From the NCBI GenBank assembly GCA_035297365.1, contig DATGZA010000014.1, positions 210,959 to 274,958 of the forward strand: 64,000 nucleotides of DNA. Direction: 5' to 3'. The notes beneath the pieces were generated by a model that saw only the letters and a program-made list of their open reading frames with translations, made no database searches and was not told the origin of the DNA. The stretch is from Nitrososphaeraceae archaeon. GTDB taxonomy: Archaea; Thermoproteota; Nitrososphaeria; Nitrososphaerales; Nitrososphaeraceae. The position numbers were made by a program, and so were the translations under genes. This document shows positions 11,317 through 20,563 of this stretch, piece by piece; position 1 is the first letter of the stretch, and every line of letters begins with the position of its first letter.

Positions 11317-11350
11317 CTTTTAAACTTTATAGTACATTATTCGAAGATTC
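11317..11350 (-). promoter_or_regulatory. Promoter with TGTACTATAA box + TATA (tttaaaag) for the 11294 gene
   Basis: Minus strand gaatcttc-gaa-taatgtac-tataaag-tttaaaag; TATA begins 30 nt before the ATG. Confidence 0.55.
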
Positions 11351-11412
11351 GATATTGTTGAATTTATCGGTTACTATACTATATCCTGAAATATTTTGTT
11401 TATAAAAAAATT

Positions 11413-11446
11413 GCTCCTTTCAAGGTTGTACCATAATATATTTAAA
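11413..11446 (+). promoter_or_regulatory. Promoter with TGTACCATAA box + TATA for the 11463 operon
   Basis: ggttgtac-cataata-tatttaaa, TATA ~24 nt before ATG 11463. Confidence 0.55.
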
Positions 11447-11462
11447 TTCTTTCTGTTGATTT

Positions 11463-11876
11463 ATGACATTGCTAAGGAATTTTAATAATCCAGATACATT
11501 CTATAATAAGCCAAAAGTACTTGCTTTGATTGCAAGCGTTGTGATCTCATTTTTAACTGTTCCAGCTATCTTACCGCACATTTACCACACAAATATGATT
11601 TACCATATTATAGTCCATTTGACATCATTGATAATCTCACAATTCCTTGCATTAGTTTCTATCCTAGCATATGTTAGAACCAAAAGTGTCAAGATCTTCT
11701 TTATGACCCTAGGTTTTGTAACTCTCGTAGCGGTAGAATACTTGTACCTCTTTAATTCCACTGCAGATATTTACGGTATTCTTATTCCAATTACTAATAT
11801 AGAACTTTCTCACGTCATTCTACTAATTATGGTAATTTTTTTTGGTATAAGTTTTCTGAAAGGTGGTAATAAATGA
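11463..11876 (+). CDS. His-rich 4-TM membrane protein, translationally coupled to a wHTH regulator
   Basis: Four hydrophobic helices; PHIYH, YHIIVH, ELSH; 4-nt overlap with the next gene. Confidence 0.8.
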   Translation: MTLLRNFNNPDTFYNKPKVLALIASVVISFLTVPAILPHIYHTNMIYHIIVHLTSLIISQFLALVSILAYVRTKSVKIFFMTLGFVTLVAVEYLYLFNSTADIYGILIPITNIELSHVILLIMVIFFGISFLKGGNK

Positions 11877-12412
11877 ATAGAGAATTTGCTCTAGCAAAGA
11901 GAGAAAAAAATTCAGTTCAAGAAAAAATAATTTATTTTATTATTAAATTTCCAGGAGTCAGATACAGGGAATTGTTAAGACTGACTGGACTTTCTAATGG
12001 TGTACTTACCTATCATTTAAATATATTGGATCATTACGGTAAAGTTAAAATCGACAGAATTAACAACAGAGTAACTAGATATTATTCTAAAGATATACCT
12101 GATAAGGAGTCCAAAATTTTAGCAATATTGAGACAAAAAAGTACAAGAAATGTTTTACTGTTTATAACGTATCATGATTCTTGCACCTTTAATGAAATAG
12201 TAGCTTATACCCATAAGGTTCCATCAACTGTCTCATGGCATTTGATGAAACTAAAAGAATCCAATATGATCAGGATACGAAGGTACAAAGATTATAATGT
12301 TTATGATCTATCGATAGATAAAACTTTTCTACTCGATACTTTACAAAAATACAACAAAAGTCTCAGTTCTGACATTGTCGAAGATTATGTTGAAATGATG
12401 GAAGAATTTTAA
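11873..12412 (+). CDS. Double winged-helix transcriptional regulator (ArsR/MarR-like)
   Basis: FPGVRYRELLRLTGLSNGVLTYHL and TFNEIVAYTHKVPSTVSWHLMKL, two HTH units. Confidence 0.85.
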   Translation: MNREFALAKREKNSVQEKIIYFIIKFPGVRYRELLRLTGLSNGVLTYHLNILDHYGKVKIDRINNRVTRYYSKDIPDKESKILAILRQKSTRNVLLFITYHDSCTFNEIVAYTHKVPSTVSWHLMKLKESNMIRIRRYKDYNVYDLSIDKTFLLDTLQKYNKSLSSDIVEDYVEMMEEF

Positions 12413-12458
12413 TTTTTCACGAACTTTATCCCCTAGAGTTAGCCAAATAGTTTTATCT

Positions 12459-12489
12459 ATATCTATCGTTTCTAGTCGATAGATATTTT
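12459..12489 (+). terminator. Inverted repeat + T-run downstream of the wHTH gene (possible terminator or binding site)
   Basis: atatctatcg-N8-cgatagatat followed by tttt. Confidence 0.4.
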
Positions 12490-12688
12490 ACTTTTATCAG
12501 GAATCGACATTTTTTTCCGTTATCGGCTCAAAATTTTTTAGAAGGATATCTTAATCTATACATCCTCTCAAAAAAACGAAAACAAAAAATGGCTTTCCAA
12601 AATGGAAGTATCGTAAATATTGTTTCTCCTAAGACATGCAAAAGACAGAGAACTTCATATTAATTAACTATGCAATATTATCAGAATG

Positions 12689-12765
12689 GAATTAAAAATG
12701 CAGGTGACCAGAAATGGTCACCTGAAACGAAACTACTCGAAACCTTGTTAAAGGTGTTTTAATTC
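12689..12765 (-). ncRNA. Candidate ~77-nt structured small RNA (strand uncertain)
   Basis: Closing stem gaattaaaa/ttttaattc; perfect 10-bp hairpin caggtgacca-gaaa-tggtcacctg; acctt/aaggt hairpin; no ORF; promoter-like element upstream on the minus strand. Confidence 0.5.
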
Positions 12766-12781
12766 ATTTACATGCATAAGT

Positions 12782-12815
12782 GTTAATAACCTTATGGTAC
12801 ATTCGATGAATGTAC
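12782..12815 (-). promoter_or_regulatory. Perfect palindrome GTACATTC-N3-GAATGTAC containing the TGTACCATAA box, 7 nt before TATA-like ttattaac
   Basis: Palindrome at 12797-12815; same box-to-TATA spacing as the 11294 promoter. Confidence 0.6.
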
Positions 12816-12853
12816 TTTAATAGATTAATCTTCTATAATGAACTTATTTTAAT

Positions 12854-13894
12854 TTATCTTGGTAAAAATGAAAATTTAAGAATCTTTTCTGAATTGTCTA
12901 ATCCTTTCTCAGTTCTATCTTTTGCTAATTTAAACAGACTATTGCTATCTAAAACATAATGTACTATTAGATATGAAGAATTTGAAAATGGATCTATTGA
13001 CACAGAACTTTTACTTATTTCATCAAAATCAATGTCATTTATTTTTATGAGGGAACTGTTAGCATTAAAAAATTTTTTGAAATGCTTCGGTATCTTTAAT
13101 TCTGTATGGATATAAATAAAACCTTCCTCGATTCTTGTGAGATTATATTTAAAAGGAATTTCAAAAGAAATTTCATCTGTATTCACGTTATACTGGTATT
13201 TTAATATCTGATCGTTGTAAGACAGTATGGTTAAATTATCATTTTTATTTTTGCTAAAATTATTAATATTTAATATGTTACCTAAGCTTAAATAAGCATC
13301 AAATTTTAAAAAATTCTGTCCATTTAAATCATTATTCTCCTTCATATTAGTTTTGATTTTAAGATGATATATTCCGCTCTCTAATACTGGATAGTTAACA
13401 TAAACTCTTCCATTAATATCTGATTCTATCTTTGAGTTAATCATTGAGTTGTTATATTTGTCCATCTTTCCACTCTCTTTCTTAGCGGAGTTAAATTCTA
13501 AAACCAGTGAATCATTCTTTGAATGAAAAGTATCATTTAAAAATAAATCTTCAGTTATGTTATTATTTCTAAAATTATTTTTCAACATTATTAATTCCGT
13601 ACTTTTTGGATTTTGAGTTGAGTTATTTTCAGTATCTATTAATTTAAAAATCAACTGTCTCTTTTCCTCTACATGAGAATCGACAATGGAAGGTTTAAAT
13701 TCAATCCAAAGACCAAGTGGAGTATTATCTAAATTTAAAGGAGGTAATAAATCCCTTCCAAAGTTATTTTTAATACCATTTGCATATGCATTTTCTATTT
13801 GACTAATAGATAAAAAGCCTTTTGAAGACGTGAGAAATGAAAGTAAAAATAAACAGAGTAATATAGTTACAAAATAAATATTAGTTTCTCTCAT
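12854..13894 (-). CDS. Secreted hypothetical protein (thaumarchaeal surface-protein-like)
   Basis: Signal peptide ending ENAYA; 346 aa; ESGIYH, IHTELKIPK, IDPFS. Confidence 0.7.
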   Translation of the reverse strand: MRETNIYFVTILLCLFLLSFLTSSKGFLSISQIENAYANGIKNNFGRDLLPPLNLDNTPLGLWIEFKPSIVDSHVEEKRQLIFKLIDTENNSTQNPKSTELIMLKNNFRNNNITEDLFLNDTFHSKNDSLVLEFNSAKKESGKMDKYNNSMINSKIESDINGRVYVNYPVLESGIYHLKIKTNMKENNDLNGQNFLKFDAYLSLGNILNINNFSKNKNDNLTILSYNDQILKYQYNVNTDEISFEIPFKYNLTRIEEGFIYIHTELKIPKHFKKFFNANSSLIKINDIDFDEISKSSVSIDPFSNSSYLIVHYVLDSNSLFKLAKDRTEKGLDNSEKILKFSFLPR

Positions 13895-13974
13895 TTCTCA
13901 AAACTAGCCGTTAAAAGAGTGAAAAATTATATTTCAAGATATCATCTACACAAAATATTCAAAAAATATATTAT

Positions 13975-15633
13975 CTATCTGAAGAGAAAGCTACAGATAG
14001 AATCATTGAAGTGTTTAAGACATTCTCTTTTCAGTTGTTCTAAGTATCTTCCTTGTCCAAAGTCATCAAAATCTTTTGGTTCGCCATCTTGAAAAGGCTC
14101 TAACTTGAAGTTTTTAGGTAGTTCTGGTTCGGGTAAAATTTCTAAAGTAGCTGAAATATTCAATGGTTTTCCTTCTCTTATGATTGCGATTTTTACAACT
14201 TCCCCTTCTTTCTTGGTTTCGAGATACTTGTTAATGTCAGTAACATTATTTATTTTTATATCATCTATTCCAACTATGATATCTCCTCCTAGCCTGATTT
14301 GAGTATTATTAATAATTTCAACCTTATATCCGCCTCTAATCCCTGCATTGTCTGCCGGACTATTGGAGTTTACATCTATGACCAAGAATCCTTTTGCTTC
14401 AGTCAAGTTCATTGCATCTGCAATTTCTGGTGTAACATTAATTCCTGTTACTCCTAATGAAGGATGTTCTCCTACCTTAGATAGAGTTTCTGAATCAGGT
14501 CTTGCCTGAAGTATAGCACTTTTCTCTTGCAATGTTCCATTTCTGATTATAGTCAGAGTTATCTTATCTCCAACAGATTTTTCCAGTTCCAAGTGTGTTA
14601 ATATGTCATCTATTTTTCTTACTGGAGTTCCATCAATTGCAATAATTACATCTCCTCCCAATTCTACTTCTCTTCCATCAATTCCATAAATTCTGTCTCC
14701 GCCTCTAATCCCTGCCTTGTCTGCCGGACTATTGGAGTTTACATCTATGACCAAGAATCCTTTTGCTTCAGTCAAGTTCATTGCATCTGCAATTTCTGGT
14801 GTAACATCTACACCAGTTACTCCTATCCATGGATGTTGATAGGATCCTTTAGCAATCAATTCAGGTATTACCTTTTTTATCGTGTTGGAGGGAATTGCGA
14901 ATCCAACCCCTGCATAAACCCCTGTGTTAGAAAAAATTGCTGAATTAATACCAATCACTTCTCCATTCAAGTTTAGTAACGGGCCTCCAGAATTTCCTGG
15001 GTTTATAGCCGCATCTGTTTGAATAATTCCTGGAATGTTGAACGCCCCCACTTGCCCATTTCCGTAAATCGGTTCTTGCGATGATGGTAATAATCTTCCC
15101 AACCCGCTAATAATCCCCTCTGTAAGAGATCCTGATAAGCCAAATGGATTTCCTACGGCTGCAACAGGTTGACCTATTGTTAATGATGATGAATTACCAA
15201 GTGTTAGGGGTGCTAATCTTTCCTTGGGCACATTTTCTACTAATACGACTGCAAGGTCACTATAAGGATCAGAGCTCACAACCTTTGCTGAATATATTGT
15301 TCCATCTGAAAAAGTAGCATGCAACATCTTGCTGCCTGTGGTCACATGATTGTTAGTTACTATATGACCTTCTAAATCATAAACGAATCCAGATCCCAAT
15401 CTTTCTCCAAGCATCGCTGAACTTTCGTCTTTACCTGAAATCTGTACTACTGACTTCTCAACATTTTTAAACAATTCAGAAAGTGAATACGCCTGTTTAG
15501 TCTCATCTTGAGCAAAAATATCGTAAGAAAGATAATTAACAACTAATAGTGCTGGCAGGAATAGAGCAAGAAAAACTAACATATTTTTGCTTGTTCCGCT
15601 TAAATTGCTCATAAAATTAGATTTTTTATTCAA
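13975..15633 (-). CDS. htrA: HtrA/DegP-type serine protease (S1C) with two PDZ domains
   Basis: TM anchor; GSGF, TNNHV, SDLAV, QTDAAINPGNSGGPL; two PDZ repeats. Confidence 0.93.
   Translation of the reverse strand: MNKKSNFMSNLSGTSKNMLVFLALFLPALLVVNYLSYDIFAQDETKQAYSLSELFKNVEKSVVQISGKDESSAMLGERLGSGFVYDLEGHIVTNNHVTTGSKMLHATFSDGTIYSAKVVSSDPYSDLAVVLVENVPKERLAPLTLGNSSSLTIGQPVAAVGNPFGLSGSLTEGIISGLGRLLPSSQEPIYGNGQVGAFNIPGIIQTDAAINPGNSGGPLLNLNGEVIGINSAIFSNTGVYAGVGFAIPSNTIKKVIPELIAKGSYQHPWIGVTGVDVTPEIADAMNLTEAKGFLVIDVNSNSPADKAGIRGGDRIYGIDGREVELGGDVIIAIDGTPVRKIDDILTHLELEKSVGDKITLTIIRNGTLQEKSAILQARPDSETLSKVGEHPSLGVTGINVTPEIADAMNLTEAKGFLVIDVNSNSPADNAGIRGGYKVEIINNTQIRLGGDIIVGIDDIKINNVTDINKYLETKKEGEVVKIAIIREGKPLNISATLEILPEPELPKNFKLEPFQDGEPKDFDDFGQGRYLEQLKRECLKHFNDSICSFLFR
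14329..14807. repeat. 110-bp intragenic direct repeat (PDZ1/PDZ2)
   Basis: 14329-14438 vs 14698-14807 differ at only one base by eye. Confidence 0.85.
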
Positions 15634-15830
15634 CAGTTTTTTTAATAATAACAGTTATGTATATTTCTTAACAATTTGAATTAAAAAATTTCTATATGAA
15701 TCTTTTATTTATCCAATATATTTATATCCATTCTTTCTTTTCTATATAGTAATTCTTCATTGATTATTAAATCGTTAGATGCTATATAATAAAACTGTCA
15801 TGGGGTTGTTCCTCTATAATTTAGATAATA

Positions 15831-16361
15831 CTATTGTATTTCTTTAGCTTGTACATCTATTGTATAGGTAACTGTGAATGGTTCAGAATTGGTTTTGTGA
15901 AAAAGCAGTGCATTACCAACGAAATTGAAAGTACCAGAACTAATCAAAGTATCGTTAACTTCTAAAGGTTGATCAACAATATTCTTAAGTTGTGAAATAG
16001 CAACTCTTTTATCTCCAAGTACTACATTGTAGGGTTCCCCATGTTTAGAATCAATAATTTCAGTAGGATTATAGCTATGCAAAATTTCTATTTCAATTGG
16101 TTTGCTTGCGGTAAATGTTGCTGTTCATGACCATATCTTTCCGTCTTCTCTAAGAGGCAACGCAAAAACAACTTCGTGTGGTTGCTGACCTGGGATACTT
16201 ACGGACGCGGTTTTGGACATGACTGTTTTTTGTTGTACGATGGAAATATTATCATCATCAAGAGCATTTGTAGAGTTATTATTTTCTTGTTGTTCATATG
16301 AGTTTTGTATAAAAGATACGGATGCTATCAAAAAAATAATACCAAATGACAAAATATTCAT
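15831..16361 (-). pseudogene. Secreted hypothetical protein split by one in-frame TGA (16125-16127)
   Basis: ORFs 16125-16361 and 15831-16082 are in the same frame and read ...DGKIWS*TATFTASKPIEIEILHSY... Confidence 0.8.
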
Positions 16362-16499
16362 TTCTATTTTTGGTTAGTTCTAAAATATATAAAAGTTCTT
16401 AAATTCCTCTATATTGAAATAATATGACTATTTATTAATACAATAATTAATTAATATTCAATAACTAAAAACAAATAACTGTATAAATATTAAGTTTTT

Positions 16500-17276
16500 A
16501 TGCAAAAAGGAAAAACATTTCTTCTTGAGGAAATGAATGGATTCGAAATTAAAGAACACGTTAATTCAAAAACAATAGCCGTATTGATTTTCGGAGCTTG
16601 TGAAAATCATGGTGATCACCTGCCTTTCGGTTCTGATTTTATTTTTCCATTAGATTTAGCAAAACGTATTTCACTTAAATCTAAAAATTTAATAATTCTG
16701 CCTCCACTTCCATACGGAGTAAGTATTCATCACAAAAAGTTTTTCATGACGATTAACATCGATCCTAATACTTTCATCAAATTCATTGAAAATATCCTAG
16801 AGAGCCTAGTATCTAATGGTATAAAAAAATTCTTAATAATTAATGGTCATGACGGTAATATTGCGCCAATTGAAATAGCTTCAAGAAACACGAAAGATAA
16901 ATTTCCTCAAGTAATAATAGCATGTTTGGAATCTTGGTGGACTCTAGTGGGCCAGCTTTCTTTAAATACATTTGAGATTTGGAACGGTATGGGACATGGT
17001 GGAGAAGCTGAAACATCGGTTATGATGTACGTCCGTCCTGATCTGGTAAATATGGAGAAAGCACCGGAAGACACTATACCTCAGTTACCTGATCATATCC
17101 GTATCTATTGGAATATGGATGAGTTATCAAATACTGGAGCAACAGGTTCTTCAAAAAAAGGTTCACTACAAAAAGGAGAAAGTGTCATCAAAATCTTAGA
17201 AAAATTATTATTATCTTTTATTAAAAATATGGAAAAAACTGATTGGAAATATGGCTTATATTTGAAAGCAAATTAA
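16500..17276 (+). CDS. Creatininase / creatinine amidohydrolase family protein
   Basis: GACENHGDHLPFGSD, YGVSIHH, INGHDGN, GHGGEAETS. Confidence 0.9.
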   Translation: MQKGKTFLLEEMNGFEIKEHVNSKTIAVLIFGACENHGDHLPFGSDFIFPLDLAKRISLKSKNLIILPPLPYGVSIHHKKFFMTINIDPNTFIKFIENILESLVSNGIKKFLIINGHDGNIAPIEIASRNTKDKFPQVIIACLESWWTLVGQLSLNTFEIWNGMGHGGEAETSVMMYVRPDLVNMEKAPEDTIPQLPDHIRIYWNMDELSNTGATGSSKKGSLQKGESVIKILEKLLLSFIKNMEKTDWKYGLYLKAN

Positions 17277-17390
17277 AAGAATGAAAACAATATATTTTAT
17301 CTGTTCGTTGTAGTACTTAGTTCTCTGACAATATGATTATGTATATCATCAATTAGTAAATATTATATAAAATAAAAAAAGAAATTTGGT

Positions 17391-17671
17391 CTATTTATAA
17401 TATGGTTTTCCATATCTATCTTCATAATATCCGCTTTCATATTGGTCACAATAACCACTATGTTTTTCTCCATTATCATATCCTTCATTATCATATCCTT
17501 CATTATCATATTCTCTGTCATCATATCCTCGACTTTGACAATATTCATCATGGTTGTCTTTTGTAGATTTATCTCCAGATGCATACACATCATTTGCTGA
17601 ATACATGCTTATTGAAAAAAGCGTTCCAAGTATGCTTGCTGCTAAATTATTAATGAGTATGTTCTATTCAT
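17391..17671 (-). pseudogene. Small secreted Tyr/Asp-rich repeat peptide with a 1-nt frameshift in the signal peptide
   Basis: MNRTYSLII joins LAASILGTLFSISMYSAND... if one T is added at ~17645; YDNEG-type 15-bp repeats at 17471-17530. Confidence 0.6.
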
Positions 17672-17903
17672 TTTTTTGTATACAATCCTATGAAAACATC
17701 ATATATTAAGTGAATTCAAATACGTTATATAATCCGACGGCACCTTCTTTTTATATATTTTTTTTTTGGTTTTGTGTTACTAAACAATTCTCCTTTTGTT
17801 TACATGTAATATTGTTTTTTGGAAGTATGTTACTAAATACATTAAAATATAAATAAATCATTTGTCGAAATCAATATTTTTTATAGCCAAATTTGATCTT
17901 ATT

Positions 17904-18899
17904 TTAGGTAATTGAAGAACAAATCATTGGAAACGAATTATCGTACCTAAAACTTGTATTTGAGTGACCTCCATCAAATTCTTCGTAGTAATGTGTTATA
18001 TCCAAATTATTTAATTTATTATGTATCATTCTTGCACCAAGGTGTAGGTTAAATTCATCTTTGTTTCCGCAATCAATATACAAGAGTTTTAGTTTTCTCA
18101 AGTTATTTTGATATTCATTTATCATTTTCACTGGATCTAAAGCTTTCCACATTTTCCATACATCTTCTAATATCTCTCCTGTTTCTATGTCAAAAGGTAA
18201 TTTTACACCCAGTTCAGAACTAGTATCTGGCGAATAGTGAGCGGCCATAGCAAGGATATTCAGAGCTACAAAATCTTTTTTTTGTTTTCTATTTTGTTTT
18301 TTCCAGAATTGATTGAACCACTTTTTTACCCCTCCTGCTTCCTTGAATGTTTCATATGCACTAGGAAAATCAGGCAGATAACAATATTCGAATGCAGAAT
18401 CACCAGAATGACATGCAATTGCTTCAAAAATTTCTGGGTATTTCATACCCAGAACAAGTGATCCATATCCCCCGGAAGATTTTCCCCACAACCCAAAGGA
18501 GGAAGTATTATAATTACTCTGTATGAAAGGAACAATTTCAGTGACGATGTAATCTTCGTACCTTCCAGTTGCAGTCGAATTAATATATTGGTTTCCACCG
18601 AACTTTGTAAAACAATCTGGAATCACTAGTATCATATGACCAAGTTTTCCATCAGCAATTAGTCTATTCATTCTTTCTTCAATGTTCTCTCCTAAAGGAT
18701 CAAAATTAAGGAATGTTCTGCCATTTCCTGCAAAACCAGATAATCCAATAGCTGCTGGATATCCATTAGAATGACTTTGTGAATAATTAGGAGGAACATA
18801 TACTATTATTTCTCTTACATGGGGGTCATTGAGAGGATTAGATCGTAAAATTGTACTTTCATGAGTATGCGTGATTATTCTTCCTTTATATTCGGTCAT
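17904..18899 (-). CDS. Alpha/beta-hydrolase esterase (Fes/enterochelin esterase-like)
   Basis: VYVPPNY, GKSSGG nucleophile elbow, DCGNKDEF, FDGGH. Confidence 0.85.
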   Translation of the reverse strand: MTEYKGRIITHTHESTILRSNPLNDPHVREIIVYVPPNYSQSHSNGYPAAIGLSGFAGNGRTFLNFDPLGENIEERMNRLIADGKLGHMILVIPDCFTKFGGNQYINSTATGRYEDYIVTEIVPFIQSNYNTSSFGLWGKSSGGYGSLVLGMKYPEIFEAIACHSGDSAFEYCYLPDFPSAYETFKEAGGVKKWFNQFWKKQNRKQKKDFVALNILAMAAHYSPDTSSELGVKLPFDIETGEILEDVWKMWKALDPVKMINEYQNNLRKLKLLYIDCGNKDEFNLHLGARMIHNKLNNLDITHYYEEFDGGHSNTSFRYDNSFPMICSSIT

Positions 18900-19145
18900 T
18901 TTTAATATTTATGATGACTAGGTATATATAATATACAAATACAATAATTTTTATGTCTTGAATAAAGATTTTTAATATCTGGTTTTTCCTTAAATTGTTT
19001 TATTCATCTAGTACTGATTTTCAATTTTCTCTTCCATATTTGTTTTAACTGGTCATTATCTTATTAAGCATTCTATATTTGTATAAATAATTGCGAACTG
19101 AAATGCTAATTATATTTATTTTAACAAGTTGAATAAAGATTTTAT

Positions 19146-20087
19146 TTATTCTCTCTTACTTCCATATATGCGGTAAATATTCCCAGTGGTACTCGATATG
19201 TAGTTCCATACTTCAGTACTGATTGGTAATTCCTTAAACTTGTTTTTTTGGTTTTCATCGATCACATCAAATACCATCTGCCCCGTCACAACCTGGTCAG
19301 GTTCTGCCAATGAAGTCATCTTAACTGCAATACTTATTGTATAACCCAAAATATCAATAATGGGTTTTTTTACTTCAAATTTTTCATTTTGGATGTTAAT
19401 AATACTTTTCTCCCATCCATATTGTACAACAGCATTTTCCCCAACATCTACTGCAATCCTTACATGTATTTCTGAATAATCGTATTGGCTTAAAATAGGA
19501 TTGATTCCATGTTTGATAACTTTAATCATTGCTGAAGCACAATTTAATGCGTTTACGCACGGTATCTTTTCTTCGTCTCTTCCTCCTGTCTTCACCATAA
19601 AAAATCCTAAAACGGCATCTCCCACAAATTTTAAGACATATCCTCCATAGGAACATATTAGAATTGACATTTCCTGAGTAAAAGCTCTAATAATGTCTGC
19701 TAGCCTATTAGCAGATAATGTCGTACAAAGTTTCGTAAATCCCACTATATCAACATGTATTATTACAAGTTTTATCTTCGATTCGAGATATTTTTCTAGA
19801 ATATATCTTGAGTCATCAGGAGACATGCTAAACTCTTTTGCCTGTAATGCAGACCATGTTCTAGTCTGCGCTTTCTTGATTAATTCGTTCACGTCAACTA
19901 CTGCATCAAGATAAAATTCTGCCAATGTTGGAGTCAAATTTAAAGTTTGTTCAGTGACTCTTTTTTCTTCTGAATTTATTATATTTAGTATCTCTTGTGT
20001 GTCTAGATCAGTCTGGAATGCAATTACCTCTATTGGTATCCCAGATTTATGTAAGTTGAGTACTGTTTGTTTTTGTTCAATCGATAT
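19146..20087 (-). CDS. Class III adenylate/guanylate cyclase domain protein with probable N-terminal HTH-like extension
   Basis: VDIVGFT, LKFVGDAV, RIAVDVG; frame is open upstream of TTG 19937 to an ATA at 20087 that follows AGGAGGAGG. Confidence 0.8.
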   Translation of the reverse strand: MSIEQKQTVLNLHKSGIPIEVIAFQTDLDTQEILNIINSEEKRVTEQTLNLTPTLAEFYLDAVVDVNELIKKAQTRTWSALQAKEFSMSPDDSRYILEKYLESKIKLVIIHVDIVGFTKLCTTLSANRLADIIRAFTQEMSILICSYGGYVLKFVGDAVLGFFMVKTGGRDEEKIPCVNALNCASAMIKVIKHGINPILSQYDYSEIHVRIAVDVGENAVVQYGWEKSIINIQNEKFEVKKPIIDILGYTISIAVKMTSLAEPDQVVTGQMVFDVIDENQKNKFKELPISTEVWNYISSTTGNIYRIYGSKRE

Positions 20088-20174
20088 ATCTTTTCGCCTC
20101 CTCCTATTATAATAAAGTACTATATAGAGATAAATTAAAACTAATTGAATAAAGAAATTTTGGAGAAAATCAAG

Positions 20175-20465
20175 TCATAAAGATAGCCTAAATAATTCTC
20201 TTTGATCTATCGATGCCCATGCTCCCATTCCTTTTCCCTCTGCCTGATCACCAACAATTTCACTAATTATAATCTCCTTTGAATTCATTGGAGGCCAAAT
20301 CATTGCTACGTATTCTCCTATTTCACCTGCTTTGTCTAGAGAAGCCATAGCTATATTCTCAGATTTAACATTGTTTTCTATCAACATATTCTTTACTTGT
20401 TCGTAAATTTGTCTATTTCCGTGAACAATTACATGCACCTTCTTTTCATCACTTAGTTGGGACAT
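20175..20465 (-). CDS. Hypothetical protein
   Basis: 96-aa ORF with TATA-like element upstream. Confidence 0.65.
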   Translation of the reverse strand: MSQLSDEKKVHVIVHGNRQIYEQVKNMLIENNVKSENIAMASLDKAGEIGEYVAMIWPPMNSKEIIISEIVGDQAEGKGMGAWASIDQRELFRLSL

Positions 20466-20563
20466 ATTTTTCCTATACCTATAAAATATAAAAGCTTAAC
20501 TTTTAATAAATTAAAATAATGCATTCATTATTTAATATTGTTTTAATTTTCTTCATCAACGTC

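Noticed and set aside
14329-14807. Diversity-generating retroelement TR/VR pair (also considered for the YVTN repeats)
   Set aside because: No reverse transcriptase, both copies are coding domains of one gene, and there is no adenine-specific mismatch series
16500-17276. Creatinine-to-urea pathway feeding urease
   Set aside because: No creatinase in the window, the gene is ~18 kb from the urea locus, and archaeal members of this family often act in other pathways
9637-17530. CRISPR-like arrays at the 28-bp and 15-bp repeats
   Set aside because: Only two copies with no spacer, or a coding tandem repeat; no cas genes
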